From NCBI GenBank assembly GCA_963833985.1, contig CAWIAD010000002.1, positions 5,024,001 to 5,088,000 of the forward strand: a DNA stretch of 64,000 bases, read 5' to 3'. The translations under genes were made by a program, and so were the position numbers. Every line of letters starts with the position of its first letter. Position 1 is the stretch's first letter. Positions 30,591 to 40,131 of this stretch are shown here, one piece after another. Origin of the DNA: an uncultured Planctomycetaceae bacterium. GTDB lineage: Bacteria > Planctomycetota > Planctomycetia > Isosphaerales > Isosphaeraceae. The notes below the pieces were generated by a model. That model had not been told where the DNA came from, ran no database searches, and worked only from the letters and a program-made list of their open reading frames with translations.

Positions 30591-31680
30591 TCAGTACGCC
30601 TGCAAGAGCTCGACCATGGCGCGGTCCAGCTTGCGCCCGTGCCAGTTTTCATACTGCACATCGGCCCGGCCGCTGTCGCAGACGCCGAAGGTGCCGACGA
30701 AGTTCCAGAGCGCCCATCCCCATCCGGCTTCCTTGTACAGCTCCAGCATGTCGCGCATCCAGGCGAGCGCCACCGGGTGCGGCGTGTGCTGGTGCACTCC
30801 CCACTCACCGACGAACATGCCGACTCCCTGCTTTTCCAGCTTTTGCCAGGGCTCGAAGAGGGTGCGGCGGATCGTCTCGCGGTCGACGATCTTGCCGTCG
30901 CGTTGCTTGAGCGGCCACGTGGGTTCCGGCCAGTTCTTGTTCCAGTGCGCCCACTCCGCCTTGTAGTGCGTCACGGGGATCGGGTCGTACGAGTGGATGT
31001 CGGCGGCGACGTTCAGTCCCAGCAGCTCGGTGATCGGCGTGCGGGCCCAGTTGCGCCCGTCGACGATGATCAGCCGCTCGGGGTCCCGGGCGCGGGTCGC
31101 CTTGACGAGCTGCTCGGTCACCCTGCGCAGGTCCTCGGCCTTCACCTTGTCGTCGGGTTCGTTGAACAGGTTGAAGCTGAGATGGCTATTCGGCACGCCC
31201 TTGTAGCGCTCGGCGAACACCGACCACTGGTACGCGGCACAGCTCGGCGGGCTCGGACTCGGTCCAGAGGTTGGTTTTCTCCGCGGGGTAGACCTGGCCG
31301 AACCCGGGGGCAATGTGGAAGTCGAGCAGCAGGGCGATGCCGTGCTGCTTGCCGAGCTCGACGGCCCGGTCGATCTGCTTGAGGACCGGCTCCTTCAGAT
31401 TTCTCGGATCGGCCGGGTCGGTCCAGTCATGATAGTTGAGCGCGACGCGGAGGAAGTTGAAGCCCAGGTCGGCGACGTCGGTGAAATCGCGCTCGTCGAA
31501 GAGCGCCCGGCGCCGGCCGCGGTAAGAGACCGGCAGGTTGAAGCCTCTCCAGCGGGGCAGCTTGTGGGGCGTGGCATCAGGCAACGCGGGACGGGCCCCA
31601 TCGGCAGCCAGCGCGCGGGCGGCAAGTCCGCCCAGGCCCGCGGACGCCAGCGTCATGCGCAGCACATCGCGGCGGTTCAT
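30591..31680 (-). CDS. Tat-exported glycoside hydrolase family 5; frameshift near 31238
   Basis: MNRRDVL Tat signal, WRGFNL, FNLFNEP (acid/base), HSY, VGEWG (nucleophile), WALWNF. Confidence 0.9.
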
Positions 31681-32473
31681 TGCGAGATTCCTCCAGGGAA
31701 CAGGGCGACGGCGTGTTTGCCACGGTGGCACTGAAAGGCGCAGCGTCGCGCGAGCACGGGGTGGGATCTGGTCGCGACCGTGCCGGATCGTGCGGACACT
31801 TCGGGCGGGAGCTTGCACCCCTGCTCCGGGTCCTGATCGGTCCTCCGGGGCGAGGTTGCTTCTCAGGGTGCGATCCTGCGGCGACCGAACCAGGCAGCCA
31901 AAGTCTTGCTGCTTCCCCCATCATCAGCCCTGGACGCCGCGGACTCAAGGACCAAGCGAGACAGCGCCTGCTCTGCTACCCCGAGCGTCACTACCATCTG
32001 CAATCAATCGCCTGGGAATCGGGAGCCTCCCAATACCTTTCATAAACAGATTATGAAATGTTGATATCTAATTCTGCAAATATGGAGATCAAGAAATAAA
32101 GTGACTGACGATCGAGATCAAGAAACCTTGCTGGGGCCTTGACGAAACTCCGCCAACCCCGTATGTGTGGAATTGTCCTGAGTCGCTCTCCGCGAGGGGG
32201 GTTGTGTGATGGTCGCGCTGCGCGGGCCTCGCCGCTGGAGGCCTTCTGACATCCGTGTCCCTTTGCCTGTTCTCGGCACTCTGCGTGCCTGTGCTGGCTC
32301 GGCCGGCTGCTCTCCGCGCGGGTCATCGATCTTGGTATGAGCCGACCTGCCCCCCCCAGAAAAGTGGCACCCGCTGAGAGTCGAAAACGCGCCGGTCGAG
32401 CTGGTCGTGAGCGACGGCACCCAGAAGACCGAGGAATGACGGGGTTCCTGGACGTCTGCCGGAGGTTCCTTGC

Positions 32474-33022
32474 ATGAAAAGCGCCGAGCAATCCGCTCCC
32501 AGGGCCGAAGGATCGACCGCTGCCGTCGAGCTCGATCGCCCACGTCGTGGACCGCGTCGCATCGTTCTTCCGGTCCTCGCGCTCGCGGCTTTCGCCATCG
32601 TCGCGGTAGCGTTCGTTGCGCTCATCGCCCGCGACCCTCTCCGCAGGGCGGTCTCGGACTACCTGGGGGGAAAGACTCTGTTCGTGGACGCTGAGGAGAA
32701 GTCGGTTGGGTCCGTCAGCCCAGGCGACACAATCGTTGTTGGTTTCAAGCTCAAGAATGAGGGTCGCGAGCCGGTTCGAATCCTGGGATGCCGAACGCTC
32801 TGCAACTGCACCGCCCCACTTGACCTGCCGTTCGTCCTGGACCCGAAAGAGGCACGCGATCTTCAGTTGACGGTGAAGGTTCCGTCCATGGGGCGTGTGC
32901 GGGACGGACACTCGAAGCTCTTTGATCTGCCGTTCACCGTATTCACGAGCAGCGCGACGCAATCCAGGTTCGGCCTGCGCATCCGCGGCGAAGTTGTGAA
33001 CAAGCCCCCAGCGGCCAACTGA
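32474..33022 (+). CDS. DUF1573-like Ig-fold membrane-anchored protein
   Basis: TM helix, FKLKNEG..PVRI.GCRTLCNCT. Confidence 0.7.
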   Translation: MKSAEQSAPRAEGSTAAVELDRPRRGPRRIVLPVLALAAFAIVAVAFVALIARDPLRRAVSDYLGGKTLFVDAEEKSVGSVSPGDTIVVGFKLKNEGREPVRILGCRTLCNCTAPLDLPFVLDPKEARDLQLTVKVPSMGRVRDGHSKLFDLPFTVFTSSATQSRFGLRIRGEVVNKPPAAN

Positions 33023-33350
33023 CAGACGATGGCACCCCGCTGTGGTGCCTGAAAGCGTACCGGCCGAGAGTCGGTCACTTATTTGCTTTTTTGAATCGCC
33101 TGAGAGTGCGGTCACCGTGATGTCTGGGGATTGATCATGCTGTGGAACCTCAAGATGGCGAGAACGTGCGTGCGCAGAAGCCTTGCGGCGATGGTCGCGC
33201 TCGGTCTTCTTCTGTCAGCCCATCCATTGGTCAGGGCGGATGAGCGCGGCGTGCCTACCCCGGCCAGCTTCGTTTCCGAGTACCGCCGCATCCTCAAGGA
33301 GCACGAGGCAACCTACCGTGACGCACGAGTCGAGGGTAGGCTGCGTCTCA

Positions 33351-34271
33351 GAGGGAGTTTGGAAAGTTGCGCGGTTTAGGCAGCAGCCAGCCGACGCACC
33401 ATAACGTTGATCATAGCAAGATGAATCATTGACGCTGACGTTTCTGGATGGAACTCATAATCCTTGCTCATTCGGCGAAACCGTCCCAACCAGGCGAAGG
33501 TTCGCTCCACGACCCAGCGGTGGGGCAGGAGCTTAAAACCCTTGACGTCGTCCGTTCGTTTCACGATCTCCAGGACCCAACCACACTCGCTCTTGACCCA
33601 CTCCACCAATTTGCCTGCGTAGCCGCCGTCGGCCCAGACCAACTGCAGCCGTGGCAGGTCGTTCCTGATCGCATCGAAAACTGCCTTCGCCCCGTCCCGA
33701 TCCTGGATACCTGCCGAATGAACGACCACAGCCAGAATCAGCCCCATGGTGTCCACCAGGATGTGACGCTTGCGCCCATGATCTTCTTCCCGGCATCGTA
33801 TCCATCGATCCCCCCTTGCTCGTTTGTCTTTGCCGATTGGCTGTCAATGCACGCCGCGCTGGGCTCCTCGTTTCGGCCCGCTGCAACACGAACCCGTCGA
33901 CGAAGAATGTCGTGAACTCGTTGGAGAGTTCCGTCACGGGACCACGCTCGAAAGTAATCGTAGACTGTGCCCGCCGGTGGAAAGTCGTGGGGCAAGAGTC
34001 GCCAGGCGCATCCCGTTCGCAACAAGTAGAAGACCGCATTGAGCACCTCGCGGATGTTTGTAGTGCGCGGCCGGCCGCCGAACTTCCCTGCAGGAAGGAG
34101 CGGTTCGACAATCCTCCACTCTTCGTCAGTAAGATCGCTCTCATACGCCTTCCGCGCCGTGCGCTCGTCCATGATCGGGCTCCGCCCTTGTTCGATGACT
34201 ACCCTTCCCCTGAGAAGATTCTGCTCAATTCAGAAAATCTGTCCAGCCCACCCAAGTTTCCGAACTCCCTC
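33351..34271 (-). mobile_element. IS5 family (IS1031-like) insertion sequence, 921 bp
   Basis: TIRs GAGGGAGTTTGGAAA / GAGGGAGTTCGGAAA; 3-bp target duplication TCA. Confidence 0.93.
33376..34172 (-). CDS. IS5 family DDE transposase; frameshift near 33775
   Basis: [28 protein letters not shown](RKRHILVDT), [16 protein letters not shown]. Confidence 0.92.
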
Positions 34272-35294
34272 TCAGGAAAGAGTCGCGGCTGGCCGGCAGT
34301 AAGGAGCCGGCCAAGGCGATCCCTCCGCTGTCCGAAGCGAAATGGTTGGAGTTCACCATCTGGTTTTCGGGAGATAAGGATCGGATCTCAAGGCAAGTGG
34401 GCCGCGGTGACCATGTGATGGTCAACGATGGCAACCGGTTTTTCCGGGTCCATCGCGCGTCCCCGGGCGATCTTTATGCTCTCGGTGAAATCACCGAGAA
34501 CGGCGACGCCATCCGCACTCCGCGGCCCACCCCAAGGCTGCTGAGGGAGGCACCCAACTGTCCGTGGAGCTACTCGGAGTTCCCTTCCTATGTGAGCTCC
34601 CAGGACTTCAAGATCAAGGAAATCACACGCACAAGCGATGCGGCCAGGCCGGAGTTCAAGCTGGTCTTCAGCTACCAGCCCGCCGACGCTTCGAAGCTCC
34701 GCATGGAGGGCTGGTTGCAGCTCGATCCCGGGGCGAGATACGTTCTCACCGCCTACGACATCCAGGTCATCACCCGGCCTCCCGGCCGAGGTGACGTGGT
34801 GGTACAGCAAAGCGGAACAACTCGCTACACAAGCCAGAATGGCGTCCCGGTGCCGGCCCACGCCAGCTACCGTCGCGAGGAACGCTCGAAGCTCGGCACG
34901 GGCATCGAGGAAGCGGAGTTCGAGCTTGATCGCTTTACTCTCGAAACCACGCCCGACGAGGAGTTCACGCTCGCCGCGTTCGGCCTCGGCGATTTCGAGT
35001 CGCCTCCCACAACGCCACACAGCCGGTTCGGCTACTACGCCCTGGCTGTCGCCGTCGCACTCGCTGCCGTGAGCGTTGTCCTGTGGCGGCTCGCGAAGCG
35101 AACCAGGCGGGGGCAGGCCGGTGCAGCATAAGGCGGTGGCATCGCCTCGCTATACCTGCCAGCGCCGGGTCTCTGGCAGTCGCTTTCCACCCGAGCTGGC
35201 GCCGAGGTCGTTGGTGGCTGCGAGTACTGAGGAAGAAGGTCAAACGACCGAGCGCCATCCGGTGAGTCTGTGCTTGCTGTCCGGGCTCCCTATC

Positions 35295-35324
35295 TTGACC
35301 CTATCCCGCTACGGGCCATAGGAT
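35295..35324 (+). promoter_or_regulatory. Sigma70 promoter upstream of thiS-thiG
   Basis: TTGACC-N18-TAGGAT. Confidence 0.5.
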
Positions 35325-35472
35325 GAATCTTCACGATGCTGGCGAATGAGGAAGCGCATCGGGTGATCCCCCCCTGCCTCATCGTGGCCAGTGTCGCTGA
35401 TCTCACGACGTCTCGGGAGCACGCACGTGGCTCTTGATTTGCTGTCGCTCATTTTTCTCGCCGGGAGCCACC

Positions 35473-36503
35473 TTGGAGATCACACTGAACGGCCAGCGCC
35501 GGGATGTGCCCGCACCACTCACTGTCGCCCAGCTTCTGGCCCATCTGGAATTGAAGCCGCAGTTCGTTGCCGTCGAGATCAATCGTGAGCTGGTAACGCG
35601 AGCCGCGCACGCCGAGCGCCGGGTCGCGCCCGGCGATGTGCTGGAAATCGTCACGCTGGTCGGCGGTGGATCGGAGGCCGCCATGACGGATGAGTTGCCC
35701 GCGCTGCGGATCGGAACGCACACCGTCAAGAGCCGGCTCTTCGTGGGGACGGGCAAGTACGCGACGCTCGAGCTGATGCGCGACTGCCTGGAGGCCAGCG
35801 GCGCCGAGGTGGTCACCGTTGCGGTGCGGCGCGAGCGGCTGTTCGACCGCCAGGGCCGGAACCTGCTCGATTACGTCGATCCCCGCCGCTACACGATTCT
35901 CCCGAACACGGCCGGTTGCTTCTCCGCCGCGGACGCGCTGCGCACGGCGCGGCTGGGCGCGAGCTGCTGGAGGGACTGAAGAACCCGGGGGCCGACTGGG
36001 TGAAACTTGAGGTGCTGGCCGACACGCGCACCCTCTTGCCCGATCCCGTGGCCACGCTCGAGGCGACGCGCGTGCTCGTGGGCGAGGGGTTCCAGGTGCT
36101 TTGCTATACCAGCGACGACCCCGTGATGGCCCGGCGGCTGAAGGAAGCGGGCGCCGCTGCGGTGATGCCGGCCGGCAGCCCGATCGGCAGCGGTCAGGGC
36201 GTGCTCAACCCGAACAACATCCGGATCATCCTGGAGGATCTCAAGGGCGGTGATCCCTCCTATCCCGTGATCGTCGATGCCGGCGTGGGCACCGCCAGCG
36301 ACGTGGCCATCGCCATGGAGCTGGGTTGCGATGGGGTGTTGCTCAATACCGGCATCGCCGGCGCGGCCGACCCCTTGCGCATGGCCCACGCCATGCGGCT
36401 GGCCGTCGAGGCTGGCTGGCTGGCGGCCGGGGCGGGTCGCATTTCCAGGAAGCTCTACGCCACGGCATCCAGCCCCACCCAGGGCATGATGGGTGGAAAC
36501 TGA
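35473..36503 (+). CDS. thiG: ThiS-ThiG fusion (sulfur carrier/thiazole synthase); frameshift near 35957
   Basis: ITLNG...VAVEIN...EIVTLVGGG in frame with [34 protein letters not shown]. Confidence 0.92.
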
Positions 36504-36561
36504 AGCAAGCCGGTGGACCGTCCTGGTTTCACCCCCCTTCCCGCTGGCAGGCAAACAAGGC

Positions 36562-38545
36562 ATGACTCAACTTGACCCGGCAACGATTCTGGGACCCGGC
36601 GGCGCGGTGGCTCGCCGGCTGCCGGCTTACGAGCTGCGCACCCAGCAGCTGGAGATGGCCCAGGCGGTGACTCGAGCCATCGAGAAGCCCGGACATCTCG
36701 TGGTCGAGGCGGGCACGGGCGTGGGCAAGAGCTTCGCCTACCTGGTACCGGCCATCCTGGCCGCCGTCGAGCAGAAGAAGAAGGTCGTCATCTCCACGCA
36801 CACGATCGCTCTCCAGGAACAACTGCTCCAGAAGGACATCCCGTTCCTGCGGTCGGTGATGCCCCAGGAGTTCTCGGCTGTGCTGGTGAAGGGGCGGGGC
36901 AATTACATCAGCCTGCGCCGGCTGGACGTCGCCCGGGCACGCTCCTCCGTGACCTTCCAGAAGCAGGAGGAGTTTGATCAGCTTGCCGAGATCCGGATGT
37001 GGGCCGGCCGCACCAGCGACGGCACCCGGTCCGACCTGGACTTCCGGCCCCTGCCCAGCGTCTGGGACGCGGTGCAGAGCGAGAACGGAAATTGCCTGGG
37101 CCGCGACTGCCCCCGGAACAAGGAGTGCTTTTACTTCCAGGCCCGGCGGCGGGTGTGGTCGGCGAACCTCCTGATCGTCAACCATGCGCTTTTCGTGACC
37201 GACCTGGCCCTGCGGGCCGCCGGCTACGGACTGCTGCCCCGGTACGATGTGGCCATCTTTGACGAGGCCCACACGCTCGAGGCCGTGGCCGGCGAGCACA
37301 TGGGGTTGCAGATCTCGAACATCGGGGTCGATCTCACGCTGGCGCGGCTGTACAACGACCGCAACGGAAAGGGCCTGCTGTCGTATCACAAGCTGCAAGA
37401 GGCCATGGATCAGGTGCAGAACGCCCGCATCGCCGCGGACGATTTCTTCGACCAGCTTGCCCGCTGGCGGCTCCGCCAGGGCGAGGGCTTCAACGGCCGG
37501 GTGCGCAAGCCGCTCGGCCTGCCGGATGTCCTTTCCGAAGAGCTGCGCAAGCTGGCGACGCGCATCGGCGAGGGGGCCAGGGCGGTGGAAAACCCCGAGC
37601 AGCAGGTCGAGCTCACGGCGGCTCAAGGCCGTTGCACCGCCCTGGCCGACCAGCTCGCGGAATGGACCAGGCAATCGGCCGCCGACCAGGTGTACTGGGT
37701 GGAGGCCGAGCAAAAGGCACGGATGCGCGTACGTCTGGCATCCGCTCCCCTGGATGTCGGGCCGAGCCTGCGGAAACAGCTCTTCGAACAGGTGCGAACC
37801 TGCGTGCTCACCTCGGCCACACTCTGCGTGGGCAATCCGCCCGCATTCGACTTCCTCAAGACGCGGCTCGGTTTGACCGCCGCGGAAACCCTGGCCCTGG
37901 GCAGCCCGTTCGACTATCCCAGCCAGGTGAAGATCCACCTGCCGCGCAACCTGCCGGACCCCTCCAGCCAGGCTCAGGAGTTCGAGCGCGTGGCCATCAG
38001 CGCCATCGCCCATTACCTGGAGCGCACCGGGGGCAAGGCGTTCGTGCTTTTCACCTCGTACAAGATGCTCGACGCGGCCGCCCGCGCTCACGCCCTGGCT
38101 GGCCCGGCGCAACATCGCACTCTTTGCTCAGAGCGACGGCATGCCGCGGTCGAAGATGGTTGAGGCGTTCAAGGCCGACGTCAACAGTGTGATCTTCGGC
38201 GCGGACAGCTTCTGGCAAGGCGTCGATGTTCCCGGCGAGGCGCTCTCGAATGTGATCATCGTCCGGCTTCCCTTCAGCGTGCCCAGCCACCCCTTGCTCG
38301 AGGCCCGGCTCGAGGACATCCGCCATCGAGGCGGCAATCCGTTCGTCGAGTACCAGGTTCCCGAGGCCGTCATCAAGCTGAAACAGGGCTTCGGCCGGTT
38401 GATCCGGACGAGGACCGATAAAGGCATCGTGGTCATCATCGACCCGCGCGTGATGACCAAGCCTTACGGCCGGACGTTCCTCGGCTCGCTTCCGGAATGC
38501 CCGCGCATCGTCGAGCAGATTGACCTGGCCGGGACACAGCGATGA
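36562..38545 (+). CDS. DinG/YoaA family ATP-dependent Fe-S helicase; frameshift near 38085
   Basis: EAGTGVGKS, DEAH, TSATL, LFTSY, FWQGVD, QGFGRLIR. Confidence 0.93.
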
Positions 38546-38581
38546 GCCCCGCACCCGGCGGTGCGGGTGCGGCTGCCTGCA

Positions 38582-39725
38582 TCAGTCCTCGTGGTCGTCG
38601 GCGGCCCTCGCCCCGGTGAGCTGCCCGAATCCCTTGGTCCGGCGCATCCAGGCGCTGGTTTGCCAGTTGTCCACGGGCTCTTTTTCAGGAAAGACCGGAG
38701 GCAGGGGCATGAGGAACCGCGCCGAAAGCGCCGCGATGAACGGCTCATACATATGGCGCAGCTCGGCCAGGCGCAGCTCGGCGGCCTCGCCTGCGTGCAG
38801 CTCCAGGCCCACGGCCGCCAGTCGTGCGCAGCGCCGCGAGCTGGTCCGGCGGCAACCGATCAGCCGGTGGATCGATGGGAGGCGCGTAGAACGCCTGCGC
38901 CAGGTCAACCACGACGTGCCGGCCCATCGCGAAGACCATCCAGGCCTGGGAACGGTCCTTCTTCGGCACCGCGGCAACAATGAGCGCCGAGGTGTCCAGG
39001 ATCGCCGTCAGCGCGGCCAGCCACGACTGGTTGTCGTGCTGCGAGCGGTAGTAACTGAGCACCGGGAACGAGATGTGGCTCTCCAGCACCTCGGCCGCCC
39101 AGCGCTCCCACTCGCCCAGGAACTCGTCCAGCCGCTCCAGTTCGCTGAACCGCGCCAGGCGTCCGAGCAGGGTTCCCGCGGTCGGCGGCGAGCCGGCACG
39201 GGCGTCGAGCAGCGAGATCGCGATCTCCCGGCGCGAGAAGGCCTGGTAGAGCACCGGGAGATAGCTGATCACCACCGCCAGGAACCCGAAGCCAACGCCC
39301 GTCTCCACCACCGCCAGGAACCGGCCCGCGGGCCCGGCGGGCGTGATGTCTCCATATCCCAGCGTGAAGAATGTGACCCCGCTGAAATAGAGGTAGGTTT
39401 CCAGCCCCGGAGACGTCTCCTGCACGCTCAAGGCCGTGCCAATCGACCAGTGCAAGAGTGCGAATCCGAGAATCAAAACGGCCGCCCAGACCACCGTGAG
39501 CAGCAGGATCGAGAGCGGACCATACAGGCTCAGCAACGTGTTCCTGCGCCGGTCGGTGCGGATCCGGCGCGCCGCCGCGGCCCAGGGAATCCACGAGTAA
39601 ACATAGAAAAGCCGCGCAAACCGGAACTGGCGCCGGACCCTTCGCGGCAAGAGCATCGTCTCGAACGCGTCGACCAGTACCAGCAGGATCAGCACAAGGC
39701 TTGCCAGCGCGACCAGCGTCGTCAT
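38582..39725 (-). CDS. Potassium channel family protein; frameshift near 38830
   Basis: TFFTLGYGD selectivity filter, LDARAGSPP, YYRSQH, DNWQTS. Confidence 0.88.
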
Positions 39726-39849
39726 GAGGGCACTCCGGTCCAGTCGTGGAGACCGCTGCGCGAATCCGTCACGGGCTGTCTTGCAGCGGGCCGAAGCAGG
39801 CCCGCGTCTCCGTCGATCACTTTCCTGGCGGCCCGGTGCACTTTAGGAT

Positions 39850-40079
39850 CAATACCGCTGAAATAGCGTTCACGAGAAGGGGGCAAAAGCTTTGCGACAG
39901 ACTTGTTCCCACGCTCTGCGTGGGAACACCGGTCGGGACGCTCGGCGTCCCATGGATTTCCCAGCCTCGGCACGGGACCAATCGACGCGGAGCGTCGCAA
40001 ACGGCATTCCCACGCGGAGCGTGGGAACGAGGGACAAACCCCTGCCTGCACTCAACTTATCGCTATTTCAACGGTATTG
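39850..40079. mobile_element. 230-bp MITE with IS4-like ends
   Basis: TIRs CAATACCGCTGAAATAGCG / CAATACCGTTGAAATAGCG; 10-bp target duplication ACTTTAGGAT (39840-39849, 40080-40089). Confidence 0.88.
39902..40031. repeat. Inverted REP doublet (TTCCCACGCTCTGCGTGGGAA class)
   Basis: gttcccacgctctgcgtgggaac ... ttcccacgcggagcgtgggaacgag with inner gacgc-type hairpins. Confidence 0.88.
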
Positions 40080-40131
40080 ACTTTAGGATGAACCATGGAG
40101 TCTGAGAAGACCAAGCTCAGGAGGACCTGCG

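Larger units (their letters stand above)
33137..35131 (+). pseudogene. Exported protein with C-terminal TM anchor, interrupted by IS5
   Basis: Removing 33351-34274 joins ...GRLRL-R-KESRLAG...KWLEFTIW in frame with ORF 34346-35131 (~356 aa); EEFTLAAFGL precedes the TM helix. Confidence 0.85.

Noticed and set aside
32160..32340. Small Cys-containing precursor peptide ORFs
   Set aside because: No convincing RBS or leader and no modifying enzymes nearby
32770..32790. GGTTCGAATCC tRNA T-loop-like motif
   Set aside because: Lies inside the DUF1573-like CDS and no cloverleaf forms
33738..33790. Programmed frameshift in the IS5 transposase
   Set aside because: No slippery A-run at the break; one missing G in GGG matches the window-wide indel pattern
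35131..35472. Canonical TPP riboswitch or SRP RNA
   Set aside because: Conserved core motifs not found on either strand
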